A stretch of DNA of 26,989 nt from a virus (taxonomy: Duplodnaviria; Caudoviricetes): positions 1 through 26,989 of IMG/VR virus record IMGVR_UViG_3300016472_000366. The stretch is one strand, 5' to 3'. This document shows, one piece after another, positions 17,664 to 25,567 of the stretch. The notes under the pieces were generated by a model. The model saw only the letters and a program-made list of their open reading frames with translations, did not search any database and had not been told where the DNA came from. A program made the translations under genes and the position numbers. The number at the start of each line of letters is the position of its first letter. The first letter of the stretch is position 1.

Positions 17664-18248
17664 ATGAACACTGAATGGTTCCGCGAGCAAATGAAGGCGC
17701 GCAGGCTGTCGCAGCGGGGACTTGCCAAGCTGATAAACCTGGACCCTGCGGCGGTCAGTCTCATGATGCGCGGCCTGAGAACGATGTCGAACGACGAAGC
17801 GCATCAGATTTCCACAATTTTGAACGTCAACATGACCGAGGTGTTGCGCCAGGCGGGGGTGCCGGTCAACGACGACGTAGTGCGTGTAAAGGTCATTGGC
17901 TACATCAACAAAGCCAACGTCATCACGCTGTACCCATCGCGGACGCACGATACGGTGGTGGGCCCGGCTGATTGCCCGCACGGCACCTACGCTATGCGTC
18001 GTCAATCGCCGGGGGACATCTTGGATGGGTGGCTCTACTTTGTGATGGCCAACGAAGACGACCCGCGGGCGCACCTGCATCAGTTTTGCGTCGTTGCGCT
18101 TGAGACCGGCGAACAGCTGCTAGCAACGCTGAAACCAGGCTATCGCGGTGGGATGTTCAATCTGATCAACGGCACAGGCGCCGACCTGCTTCGGTCTGAT
18201 GTGCGCGTCGTCTGGGCTAGCCGAGTTGTTTGGATCAAACCGGTTTGA
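17664..18248 (+). CDS. CI-like repressor (HTH_XRE plus degenerate S24-like C-terminal domain)
   Basis: LSQRGLAKLINLDPAAVSLMMRGLR HTH; divergent from cro. Confidence 0.8.
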   Translation: MNTEWFREQMKARRLSQRGLAKLINLDPAAVSLMMRGLRTMSNDEAHQISTILNVNMTEVLRQAGVPVNDDVVRVKVIGYINKANVITLYPSRTHDTVVGPADCPHGTYAMRRQSPGDILDGWLYFVMANEDDPRAHLHQFCVVALETGEQLLATLKPGYRGGMFNLINGTGADLLRSDVRVVWASRVVWIKPV

Positions 18249-18282
18249 TGGACGCAATAACCCTTAGCGCTTGTCGAGCATT

Positions 18283-18301
18283 TGATGAGTCTTTCGCATC
18301 A
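18283..18301. promoter_or_regulatory. Operator palindrome upstream of the early rightward operon
   Basis: TGATGAG-TCTTT-CGCATCA. Confidence 0.6.
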
Positions 18302-18355
18302 TCATGTTCAATCCTCATCTGCAGCGTAGCTGTGACTTGAATGAGGAACAGGAAC

Positions 18356-18544
18356 ATGAACGACGATCGAAAAACGTGGAAGCTCAAAGCAAGTAGCGGG
18401 TTGTTTCGTGTGTGGCACGCCGGGCGAAACCTCTACTACGTCACTCACGCCGACGGGCCAGTGCTGTACATCAGCACGCAGTTCAGCCCAGCGTATGCGG
18501 CAGCCTCTCGCTACCACCGGACGTGCCAAGGGGCTGCAGCATGA
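18356..18544 (+). CDS. Hypothetical protein (62 aa)
   Basis: RBS AGGA before ATG 18356; first gene after the operator. Confidence 0.55.
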   Translation: MNDDRKTWKLKASSGLFRVWHAGRNLYYVTHADGPVLYISTQFSPAYAAASRYHRTCQGAAA

Positions 18545-18624
18545 GGTCCAGCAACTTCACACTAATTGCCGGAGGCGCGCTCTTCGGACTTGTCTTTGCC
18601 GTTCTTACTTGGAGAATGCTTTGA
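18541..18624 (+). CDS. Small membrane peptide (MRSSNFTLIAGGALFGLVFAVLTWRML)
   Basis: ATGA and TGATG coupling to both neighbours; single hydrophobic helix. Confidence 0.5.
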   Translation: MRSSNFTLIAGGALFGLVFAVLTWRML

Positions 18625-18869
18625 TGGACAAAAACCCTACCTTGATGGCCATATTGACCGCCGGTGACAAGCCGGCCGATCGCGTCATGCAGCCGATCTT
18701 TACGCTTGGCAAGACCTGGTACGTGCCGCACTACAAGAAGTCGCATCTTTGGGTCGCGCAAGATGGGACCACAAAGAGCACACGCGAGCTGCGCGAGCTC
18801 AAAGCGCGCCAAGAGCTTTACCCGCTATGGCCGCGTAGCTGGGCGATAAAACTGAACCTTACGCACTAA
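18624..18869 (+). CDS. Hypothetical protein (81 aa, MDKNPTL...YVPHY)
   Basis: TGATG coupling; RBS GGAG. Confidence 0.6.
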   Translation: MDKNPTLMAILTAGDKPADRVMQPIFTLGKTWYVPHYKKSHLWVAQDGTTKSTRELRELKARQELYPLWPRSWAIKLNLTH

Positions 18870-18870
18870 G

Positions 18871-18889
18871 TGTTGCGAAAAACACAACC
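18871..18889. promoter_or_regulatory. Operator palindrome upstream of the recombination genes
   Basis: TGTTGCG-AAAAA-CACAACC. Confidence 0.55.
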
Positions 18890-18907
18890 CGAAAAGGAAA
18901 CCACGAC

Positions 18908-19294
18908 ATGGACATCCTCGATGTATTGGCGCTGGAGTGGCAGCTTGCCAAGCGCCGGGAAGAACAGGCGCGCGACGACCGCATAAAGTTGGAAGAAAAG
19001 ATCTTGGCGCTTTACCCGGCCAAAGATGAAGGGACGACGACGGTGTTGACGCCGATCGGCCACAAGATCCGCACCACTGGTAAGTGGTCGTACAAGTGCG
19101 ACCTTGATCTGCTGCAGACGCTCACGCTGGATTGGCCGGAAGACGTCCGACCGATTCGCACGAAGCTCGAGGCGGATGAAACGCGGCTTAAAACTATCCG
19201 GTGCACGTCGCCCACGATGTGGGCAAGGATTGCGCCTGCAATTACGACAAAGCCTGCCAAGACCGGTGTTTCGATTGAGATGAAAGGAGACTGA
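18908..19294 (+). CDS. Conserved phage protein of the recombination module (DUF7173-like)
   Basis: W..AK..E..A...R..LE and AITTKPAK motifs; RBS AAGGA; precedes the AAA ATPase. Confidence 0.6.
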   Translation: MDILDVLALEWQLAKRREEQARDDRIKLEEKILALYPAKDEGTTTVLTPIGHKIRTTGKWSYKCDLDLLQTLTLDWPEDVRPIRTKLEADETRLKTIRCTSPTMWARIAPAITTKPAKTGVSIEMKGD

Positions 19295-19295
19295 C

Positions 19296-20051
19296 GTGGC
19301 CTTTGATCTGCAATCGATTAGCAAAACTAGGCGCCTGCGCGCGCCCAAAATCGTCATCGCCGGGCCAGGCAAGATTGGCAAGACGACCTTTGCGGCCAGC
19401 GCGCCAGGTGCTGTTGGCATCCTCACTGAGGACGGCGCCGACGCGGTCGATGCGCAGGCTTTTCCGCTTGCGCAGACCCTCACCGACGTCTACCAAGCGA
19501 TCACAACGCTGCTCAAGACCAAGCACGACTTTCAGACCGTGTTTGTTGACAGTCTTGACTGGCTCGAGCCCCTGGTGCACGCGCACGTCTGCGAGGCCAA
19601 CAAGTGGGCAACGATCGAGTCGCCAGGCTACGGCAAGGGCTACATCGCCGCGGCAGAAGAGTGGCGCACGCTGCTACAGGGCCTCGAGGCCTTGCGCCAG
19701 CAGCGCAGTATGGCGGTCATCCTGATCGCGCACGACAAGATCAAACGGTTTGAGTCGCCGTTGCACGACGGGTACGACCAGTACGTGCTCAAGCTCCACG
19801 ACCGCGCCGCTGCGCTGGTCATGGAGTGGGCCGACGTCATTGGCTGGGCCAACTACAAGGTTACGACAGTCGAGTCGGACGTCGGCTACGGCAACAAGGA
19901 AGTGAAGGCGCGGTCCACCGGGCAGCGCGTTTTGCACGTCGAGCCGCACCCGGCGCACATGGGCGGCAATCGTTTCGGCCTTAAGAACATGCCCCTGTCC
20001 TGGGACGCGTTTGCGCAGGCTCTTTCATCTAGCCACAAACAAGGAAACTGA
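19296..20051 (+). CDS. AAA_24 / Sak4-like ATP-binding recombination protein
   Basis: GPGKIGKTT Walker A, VDSLDWLE, GYGKGY, LIAH, EWAD motifs. Confidence 0.85.
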   Translation: MAFDLQSISKTRRLRAPKIVIAGPGKIGKTTFAASAPGAVGILTEDGADAVDAQAFPLAQTLTDVYQAITTLLKTKHDFQTVFVDSLDWLEPLVHAHVCEANKWATIESPGYGKGYIAAAEEWRTLLQGLEALRQQRSMAVILIAHDKIKRFESPLHDGYDQYVLKLHDRAAALVMEWADVIGWANYKVTTVESDVGYGNKEVKARSTGQRVLHVEPHPAHMGGNRFGLKNMPLSWDAFAQALSSSHKQGN

Positions 20052-20052
20052 A

Positions 20053-20529
20053 ATGGCATCACTGAACTTCAAAGCATCCGCCGTGGAACTTCAACCGCGC
20101 AACAGCTACAACGCGCTGCCCGAGGGTGACTACGAAATGATCGTCACCAGGTCGGACACCAAGCCCACCAAGGCCGGCAACGGTCACTACCTCGAGCTCG
20201 AGATGCAGATCATCGGGGGCTCGTTCAGCGGCCGCCGGCACTGGGAGCGCTTGAACCTGGACAACCGCAGCCAGCAGACCGTCAAGATCGCGCAGGAGCA
20301 GCTGGCGCGCCTGTGCATGGCCGTGGGCCTGGATGAGATCCAGGACTCCGAGGAGCTGCACGATCGGGCGTTTATTGCAACGCTCGGCATCGACAAGAAG
20401 GACGCCACGCGCAACGTGGTCTGGGACTACAAGCCGGCCGAGGGCGCAGCACCGGCGCCAGTTCCCGCAGTTGCGGCCAAGCCTGCCGCAGTCGCGGCAC
20501 CGGCGAAGTCTCAGCGCCCCTGGGGCTAG
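20053..20529 (+). CDS. DUF669-like ssDNA-binding protein
   Basis: LPEGDY...TKAGNG.YL.L...GRR.W..LNL, C-terminal PW; ATG 20053 with RBS AAGGA. Confidence 0.75.
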   Translation: MASLNFKASAVELQPRNSYNALPEGDYEMIVTRSDTKPTKAGNGHYLELEMQIIGGSFSGRRHWERLNLDNRSQQTVKIAQEQLARLCMAVGLDEIQDSEELHDRAFIATLGIDKKDATRNVVWDYKPAEGAAPAPVPAVAAKPAAVAAPAKSQRPWG

Positions 20530-20531
20530 TC

Positions 20532-21710
20532 ATGGCGGCCATACCTGAGTCTCAGCACACGACCGCGCACGCCATCGTGCGCTGGTACGAAAGCAAGCCC
20601 CAGGAGCACCGGCCGCACATGGGGGCCAGCATCATCGGCCACCCGTGCAGTCGATACATCTGGATGACCTGGCGCTGGGCCATGACCCCCAAGTTCCCCG
20701 GCCGCGTGCTGCGCATGTTCGACACCGGCAAGCGCGAGGAGGCCAGGCTGCTTGAGGAGCTCCGCGGTATCGGCGCCCAGGTCTGGGACACCAACCCGGA
20801 AACAGGTAAGCAGTGGAGCGTGAGCGCCTGCAGCGGCCACTTTGGCGGCAGCTTAGACGGTGTCGCCAAAGGCCTGCCAGAGGCGCCAAAGACGCCCGCG
20901 GTGGTCGAGTTTAAGACTCACTCGTCAAAGTCCTTTGCCGACTTGCTAAGCAACAAAGTAGAACGCAGCAAGCCGCAGCACTATGCGCAAATGCAGGTCT
21001 ACATGGGCTTGATGGAGCTCGACCGAGCACTTTACATGGCGGTCAACAAAGACACGGACGACGTCTACGTTGAATGGGTGCACTTCGATCGCGAGCGGTT
21101 TGAAGAATTGATAGATTTCGCACAAGGGCTAATCGAAATGACTACGCCTCCGCCACGAATCAAGGACGACCCCACTTATTGGCTGTGCAAAGCGTGCACA
21201 CATTTTGACGTCTGCCACGGCGGAGTAGCGGCCGAGCCGAACTGCAGAACGTGCTGCCACGCGAGCCCTGTTGCGAACGCCGCATGGCATTGCGACCAGC
21301 ACAGCAAAAAATTGGACGACAGCACGCAACGCAAAGGCTGCAGCGATCACCTGTTGATTCCTGCCCTGACACCCTATGCCGAGGCAATTGACGGTGGTCC
21401 TTCGTGGATTGCCTACAAGCACCGGCAGACTGGGCAGGTGTTTGTCAATGGTCAGCAACCGCAGGAGGGCTACGGTCAGGCTTTTACGTCCGTTGAGCTG
21501 CACCACTGCCCAGAGTCTTTGTTGCAGGTGGCGGCCGACACGAAAGAGGCTTTTCATGGCGCCAAAGTCATATCGGGCGGCATAGATCAGATGAAGTGGG
21601 ACACGCCTGAGGACCTAGAAAAAATCAGCAAAGCGCCCACCAAACGCGAGCGGGCGCAGCGCTCAAAGATCGCTGAGAGTCTGCGCAACTTTGAGCAGCT
21701 AGTGTCATGA
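20532..21710 (+). CDS. Cas4-like PD-(D/E)XK exonuclease with Cys clusters
   Basis: GASIIGHPC.R, GSLDG, EFKT, Q.Q.YM, C..C.....C and CRTC motifs. Confidence 0.85.
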   Translation: MAAIPESQHTTAHAIVRWYESKPQEHRPHMGASIIGHPCSRYIWMTWRWAMTPKFPGRVLRMFDTGKREEARLLEELRGIGAQVWDTNPETGKQWSVSACSGHFGGSLDGVAKGLPEAPKTPAVVEFKTHSSKSFADLLSNKVERSKPQHYAQMQVYMGLMELDRALYMAVNKDTDDVYVEWVHFDRERFEELIDFAQGLIEMTTPPPRIKDDPTYWLCKACTHFDVCHGGVAAEPNCRTCCHASPVANAAWHCDQHSKKLDDSTQRKGCSDHLLIPALTPYAEAIDGGPSWIAYKHRQTGQVFVNGQQPQEGYGQAFTSVELHHCPESLLQVAADTKEAFHGAKVISGGIDQMKWDTPEDLEKISKAPTKRERAQRSKIAESLRNFEQLVS

Positions 21711-21826
21711 AAGCCGCGGCCTGCGTTGCCCTTTTGGCGCTGATTTGGGTGCTAGCGGTTGTCTTTATGGGTGTCGCCGCACGCGTCATGTGGTCCTTGC
21801 TGCAGATTGGCTGGAACGTGCTGTGA
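21707..21826 (+). CDS. Small membrane protein, 39 aa (MKAAACVALLALIWVLAVVFMGVAARVMWSLLQIGWNVL)
   Basis: ATGA and GTGA coupling to both neighbours; hydrophobic. Confidence 0.55.
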   Translation: MKAAACVALLALIWVLAVVFMGVAARVMWSLLQIGWNVL

Positions 21827-22329
21827 GCGCGCTAATCGAGCGGGTGCGCAATCGCTGTGAAGAGGTGGGCGATTGTTGGGAGTGGACTGGCTATTGCGAA
21901 GGGCCGCGCAGCAAGACGCCGATGCTGAAGTTGAACGGCCGGCAGATTGCGGTCAGGCGCGCGATAGCGCTGGACTTGGGATTGTTGTCGAAGAGCTCAA
22001 ACAAGTTTGCTGTCGCAAAGTGCCGCAACTGGCGGTGCGTTAATCCTGCTCACGTGCAAGTGCTGACGCGACAAATTGTCGCAAAACGTGCCTTTGAAAA
22101 CTGCGCCGGCGGCCGGGTGCTGATCGCTCGCAAGATCGCAGCCGCGCGCCGCAAGCGCGCCAAGCTGACGCTTGAGCTGGTTAGCGAGATTCGTAACGCA
22201 GAAGGCTCGTATCAGGCGATTGGTGCGCAATACGGCATCAGCAAGAGCACGGTGTCGGACATCAAGACGGGTCGCATCTGGCGGGACTACAGCAGCGCGT
22301 TTAGCAACCTGGTGGAGGCTGTGACATGA
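21823..22329 (+). CDS. Degenerate HNH (His-Cys type) endonuclease-like protein with C-terminal HTH
   Basis: CWEWTG and C.N.RCVNPAH motifs; AKLT...IGAQYGISKSTVSDIKTGRIW HTH; GTG start at 21823. Confidence 0.7.
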   Translation: MSALIERVRNRCEEVGDCWEWTGYCEGPRSKTPMLKLNGRQIAVRRAIALDLGLLSKSSNKFAVAKCRNWRCVNPAHVQVLTRQIVAKRAFENCAGGRVLIARKIAAARRKRAKLTLELVSEIRNAEGSYQAIGAQYGISKSTVSDIKTGRIWRDYSSAFSNLVEAVT

Positions 22330-22814
22330 GCTTTGTGATTGGGATCGATCCAGGCGCCGCCGGCGCCGTGGCCATCCTCGAGGACGGCAAGCTGGTGCAG
22401 GTCTTTGACATGCCGGTGGTGGAGATCAGCGTTGGCAACAAGAACAAAAAGCGTGTCGCGCCTGAGCTGTTGGCGAGCGAGCTGCGCCTGTACAACCTGG
22501 CCGACACGGTCGCGGTGGTCGAGCAGGTCGGCGCCATGCCTGGCCAGGGGGTGACGTCCATGTTTGCCTTTGGGCAGGCCTACGGGCTCGTTCTGGGCGT
22601 CCTGGCGGGCCTTTGGATACCGACCAGTACGGTGACACCGGCGACCTGGAAAAAGGCGCTCAAGCTCAATCCTGGCAAGGATGGGGCCAGGTTGAAGGCG
22701 TCGCAGCTGTGGCCAGCCCAGGCCGGCGAGTTCAAGCGCGTCAAGGACGACGGCCGGGCCGAGGCAGCGCTGCTGGCGTATTGGTTGGCAGTTGTACCTA
22801 AAAACCTTGTTTGA
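22326..22814 (+). CDS. RuvC-like Holliday junction resolvase
   Basis: IGIDPG, VEQV, S.FAFG..YG, TP..WKK, DGRAEA.L motifs. Confidence 0.85.
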   Translation: MSFVIGIDPGAAGAVAILEDGKLVQVFDMPVVEISVGNKNKKRVAPELLASELRLYNLADTVAVVEQVGAMPGQGVTSMFAFGQAYGLVLGVLAGLWIPTSTVTPATWKKALKLNPGKDGARLKASQLWPAQAGEFKRVKDDGRAEAALLAYWLAVVPKNLV

Positions 22815-22846
22815 CAGGTGCGCGTGATGTTGCGACAATCTCAACC
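22811..22846 (+). promoter_or_regulatory. Sigma70 promoter TTGACA-17-GACAAT with overlapping operator, lying over the xis start
   Basis: -35 at 22811-22816, -10 at 22834-22839; operator TGTTGCG-ACAAT-CTCAACC at 22828-22846. Confidence 0.6.
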
Positions 22847-23138
22847 TGATCATCTACGCACAATTGAACAGGCAGCAGAAGAACTTGGGGTCAGCTACCA
22901 CACTCTGTACCGTAGGATACGGGCCGGGTCAATCCCGGCTTACCGCATCGGTGGCTGGCGTGTTGATCTGAACGAAGTCAAACGTGCAACCCTAAACCTG
23001 AACAAGGAACCTGAACGATGGGAATCTACAAACGTGGCAAAGTCTTTTGGATCGACATCTCGGTCGGTGACCAAAGAATTAGACGAACTGCTGGAACTAA
23101 CGACCGCAAAGCGGCCCAAGAATTGCATGACCAGCTAA
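22827..23138 (+). CDS. xis: Excisionase (MerR-like HTH_17)
   Basis: TIEQAAEELGVSYHTLYRRIRAGSIPAYRIGGWRV; overlaps the int 5' end; start ATG 22827 or GTG 22818. Confidence 0.75.
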   Translation: MLRQSQPDHLRTIEQAAEELGVSYHTLYRRIRAGSIPAYRIGGWRVDLNEVKRATLNLNKEPERWESTNVAKSFGSTSRSVTKELDELLELTTAKRPKNCMTS

Positions 23139-24073
23139 AGGCTGATCTTTGGCGTCAGTCAAGACTTGGCGAAAAGCCCAAGCGCACATTTGAAGAGGCG
23201 GCGCTGCGCTGGCTGCGCGAAAAAGCGCACAAGCGCTCGATCAGCGACGATGCGCAGCGCATCAAGTTTTGGTTAAAGCACTGCCGCTCGATGCTCTTGA
23301 CCGACATCACGCGGCAGTTCGTGATTTCAAAGACCGAAAACTTTCGCACCTGCTACAACCAGCCGGCGAGCTCAGCCACCAAGAACCGCTACATCGCTTT
23401 GCTGCGCTCGATCTTGCGCGCAGCCGAGCGCGAGTGGGAGTGGATCGACAAGGCGCCGGCGCTCAAAGCGTTTGCTGAGCCCAAGCGGCGCGTGGCCTAC
23501 TTCACGCCCGAGCAGGCGCGCATTCTGCTCGAGCACATGCCGCCGCACTACAAGGCCCCTTGCGCGCTGGCCTTCATGACCGGGCTGCGGCGCTCAAACA
23601 TCTTTGGGCTGCGCTGGGACCAGGTGGACCTTCAGCGCTCGGTGTGCTGGATCTACGCTGACCAGGCCAAGAATGCGCAAAACATCGTCGTGCCGCTCAA
23701 CGCCGATGCGCGTGGGCTGCTGCAGTCGTTGAAAGAAAAAGCACCTAAAGACGCCACGCTCGTTTTTGGCGGCACGCCGCGCATTGGCACGCGCACCTGG
23801 CGCGCGGTGCTGGGTCGCGCAGGGCTTCCTGAGCACTTGCGCTTTCACGACATCCGGCACTCGTTTGCGAGCTGGCACGCGATGGCGGGGACCGATAAGA
23901 AGACGCTGCAAGAGCTTGGTGGCTGGCGCACGCCTGCGATGCTGGACCGCTACGTGCACTTGTCAGAGGGTCATCTGATCCACGCTCAGGAGCGCTTGGT
24001 CGGTCAAATGGGGTGGTCGATGGGGCTCGAACCCACGACCGCTGGAATCACAATCCAGAGCTCTACCGACTGA
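23018..24073 (+). CDS. int: Tyrosine integrase
   Basis: Arm-binding N-terminus (YKRGKVFWI...RRTAGT); catalytic R (TGLRRSN), K (AKN), HDIRH, GGW, Y (RYVH). Confidence 0.95.
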   Translation: MGIYKRGKVFWIDISVGDQRIRRTAGTNDRKAAQELHDQLKADLWRQSRLGEKPKRTFEEAALRWLREKAHKRSISDDAQRIKFWLKHCRSMLLTDITRQFVISKTENFRTCYNQPASSATKNRYIALLRSILRAAEREWEWIDKAPALKAFAEPKRRVAYFTPEQARILLEHMPPHYKAPCALAFMTGLRRSNIFGLRWDQVDLQRSVCWIYADQAKNAQNIVVPLNADARGLLQSLKEKAPKDATLVFGGTPRIGTRTWRAVLGRAGLPEHLRFHDIRHSFASWHAMAGTDKKTLQELGGWRTPAMLDRYVHLSEGHLIHAQERLVGQMGWSMGLEPTTAGITIQSSTD

Positions 24074-24085
24074 GCTACGACCACC
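24009..24085 (-). tRNA. tRNA-His (GUG), complete, with encoded G-1, C73 and CCA; probable attP core
   Basis: G-GTGGTCG-TA-GCTC-AGTCGGTA-GAGC-T-CTGGA-TTGTGAT-TCCAG-CGGTC-GTGGG-TTCGAGC-CCCAT-CGACCAC-C-CCA folds into a full cloverleaf. Confidence 0.95.
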
Positions 24086-24347
24086 GAACGGAACCGAAAA
24101 TGATAACGCAGAAATCCGATTGTTGTGCGAAAACAACGTTTTACGGCACATAGGCGTCACAACACACGGATTTTGATGAGTTTTGCTTTTGACATCAACG
24201 ACTTACGTCAAAAGGCAACAGTCATCACAATCGTTATCAAAGAATGTTAAATGATTGATTTGTCGTCACTTTGTTGCATAGTCAGGTGCAGGCTTACGCC
24301 AAATTTATCTGATTTTGCCACAAGTGACGGCACAGTTTTGCCACAAA
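24086..24347. mobile_element. attP arm region with integrase arm-type repeats and IHF-like sites
   Basis: TTTTGCCACAA (24313-24323, 24336-24346) flanking TGACGGCACAG; related TTACGGCACAT/GGCGTCACAA near 24141-24162; WATCAANNNNTTR matches at 24260-24248 (minus, AATCAATCATTTA) and about 24193-24205 (CATCAACGACTTA, one mismatch). Confidence 0.65.
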
Positions 24348-24812
24348 TTAGCGGCTTATAAGCAAGCACTCCGCATGGCGCCGGCGTACTAGACCAGGCA
24401 GCACTTGGCCCCCGCCGCGCACCCAACGCCTGAGCTGTTCTTTCACGCCTTCCCAATCCTGCGCATTGATCTTGCGCCGCAAAGTGCTGGTCTGCAGCTG
24501 GCCCAGCCCCAGGTTGTAGGCGAAGTCCACAATCGCGTTGAACTTGCCCCAGTCGTTGGCCTGCAGCGCCAGCGTCAGCAGGATTGGGCACTGCCGGATG
24601 ACGCCTGGCGCGTAGGTGTGCATGAGCTCAAGCATCAGCAGCTGCCGCGCTGCGGGCTCGCTTATCGGAAGATCGGTGAGCTGAACCTTGCGCTTATCGG
24701 CGTAGTAGGTGCTGCCGTAGCCGATCGTGGGCACGCCAGCCGGACACAGGTAAGGTTTGGCCGAGAACCCCTCAAAGCGCCGACAGAGCTCTGCAGCGAG
24801 CTCTAGGTTCAT
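24348..24812 (-). CDS. Endolysin, phage lysozyme (GH24)
   Basis: FEG....PYLCPAGVPTIGYG, FAYNLG, STLRRKIN, LPGLVRRR motifs. Confidence 0.92.
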   Translation of the reverse strand: MNLELAAELCRRFEGFSAKPYLCPAGVPTIGYGSTYYADKRKVQLTDLPISEPAARQLLMLELMHTYAPGVIRQCPILLTLALQANDWGKFNAIVDFAYNLGLGQLQTSTLRRKINAQDWEGVKEQLRRWVRGGGQVLPGLVRRRHAECLLISR

Positions 24813-25303
24813 AGGCCGCGCTTGGCTAGAGTTCGGTCCAGAAACCAGTAGTTGAGCGTTCCACTGACCAGCGCGCTCATGTCAGCGGTCATCATGGTTG
24901 CAAAGACCATCTCGGGCGCAGCTCCTGACGCCCAAGCGTTGTAGGCAAACCAGACGTGAACGAAAGACCAGATTCCTAAAATCCAGTAAGTCACCACCGG
25001 ACGCACGCTGGCTGACAACGACGCGGCCCAGCCGCCCGCCGATTTGACCATCTCAGCCTGCTGGTTGATCGCTGCCTGGAACGCTGCGGTGATGCCGGTA
25101 TCAATTGCCGCCTCGCGCTGCGCGCCGATCTCTGCGAGCTTTTGGACGCCGCGTTGAGCCTCAAGCTCGCATTGGCGGCTAAACATGGCGAGCTCATGAT
25201 CCCGCTCGTTTTTTCGATCAAGCCACTTGAGCACCTCCGGCAACAATCGAAAAACACCGCCAAAAATTGAACCAAGCAATCCACCGGAAAACAATTCGCT
25301 CAT
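24809..25303 (-). CDS. Holin-like membrane protein
   Basis: Hydrophobic N-terminus, SVRPVVTY and YWFLDR motifs, 2-3 TM segments; coupled to endolysin. Confidence 0.6.
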   Translation of the reverse strand: MSELFSGGLLGSIFGGVFRLLPEVLKWLDRKNERDHELAMFSRQCELEAQRGVQKLAEIGAQREAAIDTGITAAFQAAINQQAEMVKSAGGWAASLSASVRPVVTYWILGIWSFVHVWFAYNAWASGAAPEMVFATMMTADMSALVSGTLNYWFLDRTLAKRGL

Positions 25304-25533
25304 AAGCCAACAAGTTTCTTGAAGAAAGTTGCGGCAGCGCCTGGGCCGAGGAGGACTGCCGCCATTACTGCGTACATGATGTATTCAAGTCGGCGGAACT
25401 TGTTGTTCCCATCTTGAAATCGCTCGTCTACGCGCTTGAACGACTCTTGGATACCTTTGTACCGCTCCGCGCAGACCTGCTCGTGCGTTGTCAAACGCGC
25501 TTCGACTTCAGGAATCTGCTTGAGTTCGCTCAT
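25300..25533 (-). CDS. Small coiled-coil protein with C-terminal TM (lysis-associated)
   Basis: RL..HE.VCAERY motif followed by a hydrophobic helix; coupled to the holin-like gene. Confidence 0.6.
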   Translation of the reverse strand: MSELKQIPEVEARLTTHEQVCAERYKGIQESFKRVDERFQDGNNKFRRLEYIMYAVMAAVLLGPGAAATFFKKLVGL

Positions 25534-25567
25534 TTTCTTGCGCCTGTTTTTAGCTCTCGGACTTCTT

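Noticed and set aside
20532-21710. Cas4-like gene as part of a CRISPR-Cas system
   Set aside because: No cas1/cas2 or array; it sits in a standard phage ATPase-SSB-exonuclease recombination module.
24009-24085. tRNA as a host gene marking a prophage boundary
   Set aside because: Sequence on both sides is phage (integrase on the left; arm sites, endolysin, holin and RT on the right).
23963-24160. 65-aa minus-strand ORF
   Set aside because: It is a translation of the tRNA-His and its leader (GGRSSVGRALDCDS is a tRNA shadow).
24121-24181. Additional operator copies near attP (TGTTGTG-CGAA-AACAACG, TGATGAG half-site)
   Set aside because: Wrong spacer length or only a half-site, so not counted in the operator set.
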